Source of the DNA: Tubiluchus corallicola
Lineage: Eukaryota > Animalia > Priapulida
Assembly: GCA_030141605.1 (NCBI GenBank)
Contig: JAQGDQ010000079.1
Location: forward strand, 248,001 to 312,000
Length of the DNA: 64,000 nt
Direction of reading: 5' to 3'
Position numbers and translations under genes: made by a program. How positions within the stretch are numbered: position 1 is the stretch's first letter; each line of letters begins with the position of its first letter. Below, piece after piece: positions 38,819 to 51,802 of the stretch. The notes under the pieces are model-generated. The model saw only the letters and a list, made by a program, of their open reading frames with translations. It ran no database searches and was not told the DNA's origin.

Positions 38819-41800
38819 GTGGGTACATTGCATTCTGCTTCAGTTTTTTCCTGCATTCTTCCCTTTTGTTTTACTGCTACTGTAAGAAGCTCTCTCCCAG
38901 TTATATTTTTTGTCTTTTTTTTATTTTTATAATTATGTTCATGTTGTGTCTGCTGAATGTGGCTTCTTGATTTTTCTTCATGTTCATTTTTTTCCTTCTG
39001 TTTTCATGCCAAAGAATTCGTGCTTGGTAGTCTGTTTTTTCCTTTTTTAGCCTTTTGCTATGTTCAGGCTGGTTTAGTTTTTAGAAACTACACATCCCGA
39101 AAACAACATTAATTTTGCATTCCCGTATTTTCAAAGTATTTTATTTCTGCCGGTAGATGGAGCAGTGCGACTGGATTCTCCATTTATGCAGTAATAAATC
39201 GGCATTCTAGGATTCAATGAGTACTGTCATAAATATTACGAAGTAATTATACAGACGTGAATAAAAATAGGTTCTCTGGGATTCACTACACCGTAGAGAC
39301 TGTAATAATACCACGTGGTAACTTAAAGGGTCTCTGTTATAAGTGTCCTAATCGGTGTGCTTAAATGGATGGTTCTTGGGATGGGGAGAATAGCTGTGCG
39401 ATCCTGGTGTGAGGATAGCAACTGACATTAAGCGTTGCAAAGCCTAGTCAGTAAATGGATGGGTCATTGCCAGCAAAACAACGTTTTGCCCATTTCATTT
39501 ATCTCATTGAGAAAGGCTGTTTCACAAGTATGAATTTACAAGTAGCTAAGAACCTCTCTGGTTCAGTGTGTCACTATGTAGGATTATACTTGAAGATGAA
39601 CAAGGTTAAGTTCTACAACAACCATTCTACATTAAGTAGGTTGTATCGTTGGTACCATTGACTACCAGATGCCAACTTGTAGAATGCCGATAAAGAGTTA
39701 AGTAACTAAAAGTAAAACACTTTCAAAAAACAAGTTGAAGAAACAGCCAGAAATCTAGAATCTGTATAGTAACTTAATTTTCCAGTTAAGACAAAAAATG
39801 AAACCTATTTTTTTATTTTGTACTGCACTGCACTACAGTAAACATAAACTATAAAAGCATTTTGTTTAAGATATCGCACTAGTGAGTTTTGTTTTGATAT
39901 GGTATCTCCAAATAGACAATGCTTTTCAAAAGCTTTGGTGCAAGAGCTATGGGCTCAATTTGCATATATGTTTTGCATTTACATAAAGAATTAGAGAATT
40001 AGAAGATATGGTTTAATATTATTAATGTCTTATTTCAACTGAGCTACGCAAAAGGTGTAAGAGATTATAAAATTTCACCTTGCACTAATTACACTAACTG
40101 TATATCTATATTTGTGGCGCATTAATAGCTAATTACTAATTACTAGCTATTTTGTTTACTTGTATCACCAATTAACTAATTTGTTTCCACTAGAACAGCT
40201 CACAGTGTTTTTCTAAATACTCAAGAACTACTATTGTAGTTGTCTGTGAATGTAGTAATTTTTATAACGGGTTTATTAGCTCGGAAACTTGCATGCTGCA
40301 AATTCTCTATTGACTGCAAACTCTCTGCTGTTTTGAGGTTAATTACACGTAGCTTGTAAACTATTCAGCGAGAACACCTGCTCTGTTCCCTGCAGTATTA
40401 CCTTGCAAATGAATTAGCTTACTGAAATGAGCTGAAACTGGCTTCAAGTTTATTTCACGTTTATACAACACAATACTGACTAACATTTTTAAAGAATTAT
40501 AGTTGATTAGTGTTTCATATTCATGTAGATATCACAAGGCCTGACGCTTTGTATTAATAGGTACAGTAACTTTAATGAAATTTAAGTCAGGTAATAAGGC
40601 AGGTCAGGTCCTACCATCTCTTGCTGTTAAATTTATGCATACGTGATTGTTGTTTTTTACGTCATGTGCGTCATAGCTATGATGCGTAATTATCGGTTTG
40701 CGTCTCTTTGCGATTTTTTATTGCTTGCTTACCAGAAAAATGTAAAAGAATTAACCATGACAGTTGCTCATTGATGACAAGCCTTTGCTGGCAGGTGATA
40801 TCTCAGTAATTCGTAAATTATCCTGATTTTCCTCTAATCGCGTAAATCAAGATGAAGGTGACGAAGAAGGACCGTAAATCCAGGCAAAAATGGTACATTT
40901 GATTTTACCTATTTAAAGTCAAACCGGCCTCAGCAGCATCTTTTTTACTTCCTTCGCAGATACCTTTTTTGTCAGAGAGACGTTAGTGTGTTGTAATTTT
41001 TACGTTCATGGCGGATATTTGTATAGAAACTCATTCGTTATTAAAGTTTTGCATTGCTCTTTAATTTAAGCAAAATGAAATCGGTGCAGTTTTACGTTTA
41101 TAAGCTAACATTAATTTATTTCAAATCCATTTCCCGGAAAACGAATAACTTGACCTTGAACAAACTTGTTATTCTGTTGTTGTAATATTAAATGTGTTGT
41201 GCACATCGTGATACTGAGGAACCAAATTATTTAAAATTGGATTGTTCATTGTTAGATCGTGTATTTTTGATATGCACTCATTGACTAACTTACACACAAA
41301 TTACAGAATTAAAAATTTAATGATCAGCCTATCTGTGTGTTCGTTTTTATTAACAACTTGCTACTAGAAATTTAAATATTTTTAGTACTCTAAAATATCT
41401 TAATTAAAGGACAAGAAAAGGGACACATGAAGTAGGTTATGTGCCGAGCTGCTACTTACAGCACTCGTTTTTTACACGAGTTTTCGTGTCTGTGAATTTT
41501 CTACCACAAAATTGTTCCCTGAAAGCTACAACCTCAACAACCATGAACCTTCCTTTGGGGTGACTTCGGTAAAAAAAATAGATTTAGTAGTTTGGAGTTT
41601 CTGATAAAGAGAGAGCATAACGGGATTTCATTTGAAACAGTTTCTTTAAGCAATTTGATATTTTAAGGGCGTAAAGCTACTTGTTTGTTTGTATTGCTTG
41701 CCAAGTTGCATGCATGTCAAGTTACACATTTGCTTTCCAAATTCGTAAGATCATGAGACAGGTAAATTTCGATTAGCCACTTCATTTCAGCTCGTTTAGT

Positions 41801-44594
41801 ATAATGTTAATAATTGAATTTACAGTGACAGTGTGATAAGTCGTGGCAGATATAATTATATTACTATACAGCATGTGACTATGTGTGTGAAGTATTTACA
41901 AACATTAAAAAATATTTACACCGCGCAACATTGCTGCTTCTGCAAAAAGTTGCTGTGCCGTTTCTAGTGATTACATAAAAAGAAGAGCGTTCAAACCAGC
42001 TTCTAAAAAAAGTGACCATTCTAGTAGTTTTGCTGTGTGCATTAGTACGTGCGTATAGATATTATGGTCATTGGATTCCTTTAAACTGCATATTTACCAG
42101 TTGCAGCAACACCTCTTTAAGGATACAACTTTCTTTGCTATTCAGTCAACTCTAGCCTGTTGCTTCAAACGGTTGCCTTAACCAGTTTGACAGATTTCGA
42201 ATTCGCGTTGTCAATCTGGGCCAGACGGATTTGATATTAACATTTCAATTCTTTACTCATCGAAGGTGCCTAAAGCCTATTCTATGGAAAATGGAAAATG
42301 ATCTTCGGACCTGACGAATTGATTCTAAAACACAAGCGGTGTTTTCGTCGTAGTAACCCAGTTACTGGATGTATTTGCTTCTCATATCACGCGTACACCA
42401 TACACATTACACCTCCTGTTCAAAACATAATAAACCTATGTTTTATTACTTTTTCCTAACTAGAATTTGATTTTATTTAAATCAAATGCACGTTACAATG
42501 GTATTGTAGTTAGTACGCTGATGGTAATTAATCGATTTTATGTATGACTACTGCCTTAGACGCGAATTACTTGTCTAAGATTTTGTTTATTTTGACAGCT
42601 TAGTAAGCTTATGATTAAAATGTTTAAGACTCATAAGAGGTAAGAATAATTTTAGCGGTGAATGTAAGTTACACAGCTCTATTTGCATTCCGCTTCTACC
42701 ATACCTTTGTAGGCTGCTCACGTTTATTAGGGCTTCTGTTAGTTGCTTGATCGATCACTTATTGATCGATAAATAGCCTGGTGCGTTTGAATCAATTGGC
42801 TTACTAGTGCATGCACCAATTACCTGACTACTGCTGCTAGAAACAACGTGCAAAAAATACGTAGAATGGTTGCGGTAACGCGAATTTTTTCTTAATGATG
42901 TTAATGACAAGTTTAGTGACAGTTAAAGAAAACAGGACGATTTTCATATCCTACCCCATTTTGAAGTACGGCAAAATGTGTACATTTTCACTCATACATT
43001 AATGCCGAAGCATTTCTGATAACTAATTAAATAGGTTAAAAACTTAATTAACGTTTGGGGAGCTCAGCTAGTGATGAATTCCCAAACGCACACAATTTTT
43101 AACAGCACATACATTATATGTGCGTGTTGACGGTGTTTGCGAAAGCACGACACTACTCTACAATATTCAGTGTAATATACAAAAAGTTGGCAAATTTTAA
43201 GATAAAAATTTAAATTTTAAATTTACCGCTGTGCTCGCACATGAGCGTTCGAACATATGAATTATGTCACAAACGAACAATCTGAACTGAGAGATACAGC
43301 ACCTGTTTTTCATGTGCAGGCGCAAGTGTCTGACTAACTAACTAGCGAAATGCATGTAACAGCAAAGAACTAGCTGTTACATGCAATTACTCTTACTATG
43401 TGTGATAATTGTTCTTTCATGTAAGCCATTTTTAAAAAAAAAGTATATTTGCTTCCACTATTTTAAAGAGTAGATTTTTTTGATCTACAGTTTAGGATCG
43501 AGCCCGGTTTTCCTTTAATGAAATATCCCAGATAAAAAACCGTACAATCACTTAAAACAATCCTGTAAATTAGTACATGCTCTAGTCTGAAACACGTTTT
43601 TCCTTGTTTTTTAACTGTGGGATTTTTCATTAGTGGTTTCAGTAATCTGCCTTTCGTAAAGCCCTTTTTCAACGAGACTGGTTTTTGCTTTTCTTATTAA
43701 ATTTTGTTTTGAAACGTGAAAAGTTGTTAGATCATCATTCATTTAACATTTTGAGTCTTGTGCGACATATAAATTGCTTTTTAGTTATGTTTTAATTACA
43801 GGACAATGACGTTTTTAATTTTCTACAGCCTTTGAAATCTAAAATAAGCGATCCTTTGTTTTTGATGTGTTTAGTGTTTATCCTTTGATCTTCAGCATAT
43901 ATGACTTTATACTAACTGATTTCACCTTTAAATTCGCTTTTGCAATTTGCAAAACAATAAAACGTCAATGTGATCAAATACAGTACCAGCACTAAAGTCA
44001 AAACATACTGGGACAGACTAGAGTAGTCTTTAACATGGCCATGTATGTTGGTTGATTTTTAGCATGTCGAACTGTTTCCTTCAACGGAAATGTGCGTTTA
44101 GCACGAACAATGAAATGATGTCAGTGCTAGCATCTTGAATTCAAGATGATAAATCGAAAATCCGACTCCATTAATCGATCCTGAATTCGTTCTACAGTAG
44201 TTTCATGACGATCCTTTGGAAATTTGCGGCAGCTTAGGCTTGTTTCGTATGTGATGTTGTGCCCGCCTTTATAAATCCACCTGACTCCGTCAGCCGATGA
44301 AGAATTCATGCTAGTATATTCGCTTGAAGAAGCATGAGGGTCCATTGTGAATTCACGGAACCGTAAGCTTTTTTAAAAAGTCATCCCCCAACTACAAGAA
44401 TAACCACATACAGATGAGTAACGATTTTGGTTCCTCGACCAACAGTTGTAATAAAGACATCCTAGAATACAACACCCAATGTGAACCAAATAAATCGTAA
44501 TCAGTAACTTCAGAATGCCCTTAAGAACAAGAACAGTAACAACCCAAGCAAGTACTAGACATCCCATTCTTGTATGTAAAAATGTGCTAAAGGA

Positions 44595-44607
44595 ATGGTA
44601 AGTGATG
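44595..44607 (+). CDS. OSBPL8: OSBPL8 candidate internal first exon 1c (MVSD)
   Basis: ATG GTA AGT GAT G|gtaagt, phase 1, in frame with exon 55811; at the end of a CpG-rich stretch (about 44100-44450). Confidence 0.4.
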
Positions 44608-45274
44608 GTAAGTTTTTCACCTTGACAAAGACCTAACAAAGATACTAATAAAAGAGAGTCGTTCTTCGATCAGAAACTTAATCCTGTGTCTTTTTCCGTT
44701 GTTTCTGATCGTCCTTTCTCGTCGTACCTGAGCGTAGAAACTCACGTAACGTGTTTCAGTTGTCTTGTGTATTAATGAAGTAAAATTTGTAATTAATTAA
44801 CTAACTGACTTTGGAAGTTCTACAATCGAAATAGCAAACGTTCAAGTTCTGGACAGGAGTTTTAGTGCTTTATTCCATCCTTACTTTGGAAGTGTCTGAA
44901 ATGGAAGAAACATGACTATAAATAAGTTGATTACCCTCTTGCATTAATTAATGAATTAAACAATCGACCATTGTACTAACGTACTATAATCCCCGTCTCT
45001 CAATACTTAGCTACCTATACGCCTTGGACATTTTAATCATCAGTTCATAAAGCTTACGGAATAAACCAAAAACTGAGACAAGTGATTAGTATCTTGGAAA
45101 GTAGCTTTAGTTTATACGTTAGTTATCATCCAAGCAAAATTAAACGCCTGGAAAAAGAAATAAAGCATAAATTCTAACTAATTCTGTTGGAAAACTGTAC
45201 AATAATTACCTCAGGAGTTACATGCCAACGTGCTTTCAGAATCGCATAACTATAGTTTTTTGCATGTGCATGAT

Positions 45275-45304
45275 TGTGTGTGTGTGTGTGTGTGTGCGTG
45301 TGTG
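45275..45304. repeat. (GT)n microsatellite
   Basis: Short GT run. Confidence 0.9.
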
Positions 45305-47435
45305 TTGCATATCAGGCCATTGCTGAAGGCTAGGAGTAATCACATTACTGAAGTGCGATTTAGCTTTTCCACACATAATACATTAGCACCCCAAACAAAA
45401 CCAAGGTTACCCAAGGTAAGGCGCAAAATTAAGAAGGTAAAGATATGAATACGTGTACAGAGAAATAGATAGCATGTAACCAGTTTCTAGCGATAGTTGT
45501 TCGTTAATGTTCTTCCATCAAGTAAGAAAGTAGTTTTCAGGGAAAGAATTTCCTGGTAGAGAATTCCACAGATAAAAAGCCCTGCTTATGATGCTTATGA
45601 ACACCAGTTCTACGTCAGAAAAAAGAGTACGTCACACAAAATTGCGCTGTTTACCAGTAACGAAAGATCCTGAAAGTATTTTCCGTAGAAGTAGCGATAA
45701 ATGTGGCTTCGTGTAACAAACTCGATGAACAAGAGACTGCAGTGTTGACAGCCAATCAGACCTAACCCGATTAATAATACAATTTTGCAATCAGTCAATG
45801 GGTTAAGGTAACAAGCTGAGGCACCAGCAAGCTAGCTGATTTATGTAAACTAATTTGAAGCCCCCAAATCACAAACCGCTGCTGTCAAGCTTTTGGAGGC
45901 CACGAGGAAGATGCACGTTATGGCCCAGTGAATGTCGCTTAACAACATCAGTAAGGCACTGTCTCGTTTTTCTTCAGAGCATCTTTCTGGTTCATTCTTC
46001 CCAGCAACGTAGTGTTTATCCGCTCAATTCTAAGTGCGCTCAGCTGGTGCTAGTGTATGCGAGGTGATTAGTGTATGTGAAGCTGTATCGTTCACATAAG
46101 CAAGTGACTGGAGAACTCAGGGCTTCATGCTCTGTTGGCTTAACTTGTTGTCTTGTACATATGCGTGTGTGCCACGTGCATTGTTGCATCTCTCTTTGTA
46201 TGTTTCAATGCCTAGTTTTGTGCGTGCTTAGTAGAAGAGTAAAGTGTACAGCTTGGTGCCTTTAAACCACTACAGTTTTTCGGCAGAGGGCGCCTTATAG
46301 ATTTGTGGTGTTTTTTCAACACACTTCGGTTGCAAAGTATTTTTGCGCGTCTTACATTTATAATGATTGAATACAAATAGACCGTTTAGTCTCAGGTCTT
46401 ACATAGCGTAATTAATGCATTCCTGCGTGGTTGTATTTTCTGCTGTGTTATTTCATCACTTGAAATCGGTTTGTTTACATGCCTGTAAAGGCCAGTGTCT
46501 GTTTACAGGCGTTATCAGTAATCGATCATTAGCTGGAAATGACTTTCATCCGTTTACTGGCTGAGTAAATAAGCGCGGGTATAATCCTTAATGGGTGACG
46601 TTCGTGTTAATTAATTTATCTGACGACATTCTTTTACTTGCATAGATGTTACGATGAGTGTTTTTCCTGCCGTAGTTAATTGAGTCTTCCTAATACGCGG
46701 CGTAAATATTTTCTGGAAATTTTTATTTTGAAATTGAATTTTGCACAAAGTGGTGCAAAGTTGTAGAATATGTTATACGTATATTTGAAAATCCCAAATG
46801 ACCGGCGATTTAAAAAAATGAAAATCATTGACTTATAAATTTTCTATATCAAAGGTTTTGAAGGAACTGTATGGGTATGACTAGTATATCGCATACTAGA
46901 ATCTTAGTTGAAAGGCTTTATCGGTAGAGTTTGAAGGCGCATTTGAGCTAGCTTCATGAAAAGAAATGTACTTCTGTCTTGTATACTAGGTCTATTAGTC
47001 TAACAATCGCTGTGCCCACCTTACCATAGTAGTATTATGATTAAATGACAAAATCTTATCACAACTAATAACAGAAAAGCATGTGCTATTATGTACCTGC
47101 ATGTGCAACATTCTGTTCTTTCTGGGTGAGTACGACTTCAAAAAGGCCTTCCTAGAAATGCGTGCGCGTTGTCTGTGTATCGGCTGTTATTAGTTTGATG
47201 TCACGAGTTCCGATCAAGAGAAACGATAAGTGAAATCATAGGTTGAAGTCACGATTGAATTGAACTAGAGAATGAGCGAAGCCTTCAATGCGTTTTCTTA
47301 TAGTTAACGTGCAAGGCAATATTATACCAATATTCCTTGGACTAACGAAGGGTTTTGTCTGGTATCTGCAGACCTAAGCTCGAACTATCAATTTTATCAG
47401 AATTGAAGCGCATCAAAGAATTTCTGGCAATAAAA

Positions 47436-47685
47436 GCATATCTACCAAAATAAAAGTATTTTCGGTTTTTTGCTTCGGAGTGAAGTCACATCTTTTGAGT
47501 TTGAGTTGTAGTATTTAGATTGTACACGTTAGTTGTCTAAGTAGCAAAACAAATAAAATGCATATCTACCAAAATAAAAGTATTTTCGGTTTTTTGCTTC
47601 GGAGTGAAGTCACATCTTTTTGAGTTTGAGTTGTAGTATTTAGATTGTACACGTTAGTTGTCTAAGTAGCAAAACAAATAAAAAT
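47436..47685. repeat. Direct tandem duplication, 2 x about 124 bp
   Basis: Units start gcatatctaccaaaataaaag at 47436 and 47560; they differ only in homopolymer lengths. Confidence 0.95.
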
Positions 47686-47774
47686 ACTACATGAATTTTT
47701 GCAATAGCTAATAGCAGTAGAGCATGTCGCCCAAGCCTTTGGACATATTAATTATTTGGGTGTAACACTATTTG

Positions 47775-47837
47775 GTTGTGGTGGTGGTGGTGGCTTAGGC
47801 GGCGGCAGCGGCGGTGATGATGATGATGATGATGATG
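47775..47837. repeat. Compound (GGT)n/(GGC)n/(GAT)n microsatellite
   Basis: Directly visible triplet runs. Confidence 0.85.
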
Positions 47838-49113
47838 TGTCTAATATGCATCGAGACCGAAACCGTAGTGTGTCTAGAGCTCCATGTTGGTAGAGTTTCC
47901 TACAGTTTGTATTGTCTGCCTCGTGTTCTACGTGTATGTAATATGAATTTTAAAGGATGGTTGTAATTTTGCTATATGACACTGTAGAACTGCTCGCTAT
48001 GTGCCACCAGATCTCTAAATTGGGAAAATCCATTATTAGGAAAGCAGTACAAAACGATAACTAGCTAACTTTTCTTCTCCAAGATTTAAGACTTCGTTTT
48101 TCTTTAAATGCCAAAATCTTCCTAACTATGTGTGATTTTTCTGTAGAGTTTCTCGCTTCTCTGCTGAGCCCTGTCGATTTCTATAGCTCACTGCATCGAT
48201 CTGGTAACAGGATCGAATTCATTCACCAAAGCGACTTGAATGGAATTCCATGAAAGCGAAACCGGGCGATTTGCAAATGAGGTTTGATGGTTTGTGTGCC
48301 ATTAAAGTCAACTTAGAAGTTGACATGCAAAAAACTGTGGACCTCTAACGACAGTTGAATTGGCGTTAATCACTTTCATTTCGAGTTGGCCAACTCCGCA
48401 ATGTTTTGAGCAAGACAACAAAATGATCAAAGTTGACAGTTAATCTTATCTTGTTTCGATTCACTCTATTGTACTCTCGAATCTGGAATAATCGAACGAA
48501 ATAATTGGAGTTTTGTCAATGATTTGAGTTAGGCGTAGTTTCGAACTCCGTTGAAAGTGTGTCGTCTTCAGAATTCGACTGTGTAGTATTTTCTAAACAT
48601 GTATCATGTTATTCATGCCCACTTCACAGTCTGCACTTCAGTTTGATTTTGTATCTTCACATATTCTGGCTCATGTAACCATTAATGAATCAAATACTGT
48701 AGTACTTTTCTTTTCTGTCTTATGTGGTGCGATTGTTTCTAAAGCAAGGAAAATGAGCTCTTGATAAATATTGTCACATTGTTACTTTGTCTCTCGGTTA
48801 TCTACATTATTTACTCAGATGACAAAAGAGTAGAGTAAGCATTTAATGTAGGTTTCTACGCATCTGATGTATTAATGTTTCGCTTTGGTCGATAGAAGAG
48901 CAGTCTTTGAGAAGCAGTAACAGTGTTTTTGCAGTAAACTGACACCCTCATTAAACATCGCAATAATCCTCGCATCATAGTCTCTGCAACAGGTAAACTG
49001 CTGTTCCGATTAGAACTAAACGTTTTTGGTAAATATGAGAATAGAACTTTTATCTTTCAGCGCAGCCGAGTACAAACCGCAGCAGCAGTTTGAAAACTTT
49101 TTGAAAACTAACT

Positions 49114-49176
49114 TTGTTGTTGTTGTTGTTGTTGCTGCTGTTGCTGCTGCTGCTGTTGTTGTTACTGCTGCTGTTA
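49114..49176. repeat. Compound (GTT)n/(GCT)n microsatellite
   Basis: Directly visible triplet runs; source of the poly-V/A ORF. Confidence 0.9.
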
Positions 49177-51082
49177 TTCTAAGTGTATACATGGCATACG
49201 TCGTGGTGCCTTCTGTTAACTTTTTTAAACTTTTTTTTATTTATGAGTGAGCAATTCAGAGCAAGTGGTTTTGCATGTTGTTCAACTAGAAAGAGTCAAT
49301 AATTTAATTTTTGTACATATCGCGTCAGCATAGAAAACAATGTAATCATGAAGGAATATAGAGTTTTTGTAGACAGAAATCGAGTGTCTTGAGCACGCAC
49401 AGTGAATGAATGTAAAGATGTTATGAAACTGTGCGCAATGGATTTCTTGAAGCAATGGCGAGAAATAAAGTCAAGGCCACTCGGACGGTCACAAGTGTTT
49501 CTTCGATCCTGAAACACTCTCTAACGATCGCGCTACATTTTCGTTACTTATCAATTGGTTTTTGGGCTTCTGTTAATAATTGAAGAGATTTGCCACTGTC
49601 AGTCGAAATTTATTTGTTAAATGAACCGGCAGTGAGTCGCGAATCATTTAATTACACTTAGCAAGAAAGTCAACAAACTATGTAGGGAATTTGCAAGCAA
49701 CCTCAGTGTTATGCTAAGTAATTTGAATATTCTTTATTTTAAAGCAAGTTAAATGGTGAAATGTAAATGCGCAGAAAACAAATGGTTGGTTTGAAATTAT
49801 GCATCCGCTCGATGTTATTTATAATGGAATTCAAATATTTCAGCTTGATTTATAAGTCATAAATTGTAGAGCTTTTTGGAAAATGATAATTTGTTACATT
49901 TGATTCACTTAGCCGGTTTAACTTTCGCATATTGGTTCTGCTACTGTTGTCCCATTATTCATCATGGTAAACATTTTGTTTACCGTTGCCTGGCTATTTA
50001 TTGATTTACAATCCTAATTTCGACAGCCTAACGCTTTCTGCAATTCTGGAAACTTTCAGCTTTTTGTACAGTTAAACACTGTTCTTTGGAAAGCCCTATT
50101 AATTATGTGTAATTATGGCGGGACCGGAAACCATCCCTTTATCAAAGATAATTCTTTGAGACACTTTACCGGTAGAGGACCCTGACATGTCAGTCAATGA
50201 GGAAATAGCCAAGAGAACTATGACAAATAAAATTGCACAGAGACCTTTTTCCCGGTGGCCAATAATTGCTTTATTGACTAGGCTCAACATTGCTCAACTT
50301 CGGTTAGCTCAGCAAGCAGGCACATTAACTACGGTGCTATTTTCCTTGCCCGTGAAGTGCTTTTGATTAGCTCTAAAAATTTGCTAGTATAGCTGATATA
50401 GACTGTCTGCCTAAGCTTTTCGTTTGATTTATATTTTGAAATTTGGCTGTCGCATATATTCTGTAGCTCTGATCTCTAAAAATGGCAAACTTTACGCACT
50501 TATATACTCTTTACTGAAGAGTGTTGTTAATACTATTGCTGGTGACGTTGGTTAACGTTCTCTCCGTTTGTGTTAGAAATAATATAGCTGTAAAAATATC
50601 AATTCTACAAATTGCGAGATGAGAATCGCGATTTTATTTTGCTGCGTTTCTTTTCTCTTGTCATTATGTCTCTGGGAGTAATTCGGCCTACTCGGTACCC
50701 ACCAAGACATCGGAGTTTACTGCAAATTCGTCAGTTTGGCATTCTTGACATTAGTGTATTTTGTTTTATTAGCTTTTTGGTCCTTAATTGCGACGCTCAA
50801 TCACTCGGAGCATTTATGACTGCGAATTGCAAAATCCAGAGCTGCAAATAACGCATTTTCTGCAGCCAGCTGTTTCAAGATCCATATTTTACATGCGTAT
50901 GCATAGTGTACCTCAATCCATTACAAGCCCATTAGTCTTTTAACCCTATCAAATTTGTCACAAAACATAGGCCATTCCTAAAAAAAATTAAGCCTAATCA
51001 CGGTTTTTGTAATTGTGTATAAAATGTGGTAGAACTAAAGCAGGCTGACCTGTGAGTGACAGTGCAGTGGGAGAGTCTAATG

Positions 51083-51802
51083 CAGTGGTTCCCAACCGGG
51101 GGTACGGGTACCCCCTGGGGATACGCAACAGCAATGCCAGGGGTACGCAGAAGGTGTGTCAGATCGACACATTTTTTCTTTCTGTAGCCGGTGAAAAGGG
51201 TAAAATACACCAAGTTGCAACATCGCGATATTCTTTCTACAGGTTAGGCAATATTTCACAAACAATATCATTCCTGCGCAGTGTGCTAGAAAATACTTTT
51301 ACCCGCCCACGAAAAGCTTATATTTTGTCGCTTTGTTTGTGCTGTATTTGGCTTTCGAGGTGTTGGTTCCATTTGTGACAACATACATATGTGAGCTAGG
51401 CTTCAGTGCAATGCTACATTTGAAGACGAAGGCAAGAAACCGGTTGGATTTGAGGAGCGACATGCGAGTCGCAATATCAACAATTAAACCTGATATCAAA
51501 AAACTTGCTGATAATCATCAAGAACAGCGTGCGCATTAATTATGACTGCTGTGAAGATCGCGTTTCCTTGTATTGATGTTTTCATATTCGAGAAAGTTGT
51601 TCAAATTACGTATTTCTTAATAATCAGTGATAAAATTCATGTTTTCAAAAAAAGTTAAAATAAAAAAATGTCGATAATATTAATCGTTGTTTTCTGGAAA
51701 CTGGTTTTTCAAACGATTTGTTGAAAAATATCAGGTGGGGGCACGCCGAAGATCGCCTCATTTAGAAGGGGTACTTGGCAAGGAAAAGGTTGGGAACCAC
51801 TG
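51083..51802 (+). mobile_element. Non-autonomous hAT Buster/Charlie element, 720 bp, retaining the transposase C-terminus
   Basis: Perfect 15-bp TIR CAGTGGTTCCCAACC; 8-bp TSD GTCTAATG with central TA (51075-51082 and 51803-51810); internal VLVPFVTTYICELGFSAMLHLKTKARNRLDLRSDMRVAISTIKPDIKKL...QRAH* is the hAT dimerisation domain. Confidence 0.93.

Noticed and set aside
39330-39720. Possible I/Nimb LINE remnant
   Set aside because: Only faint motif echoes; not supportable without a search.
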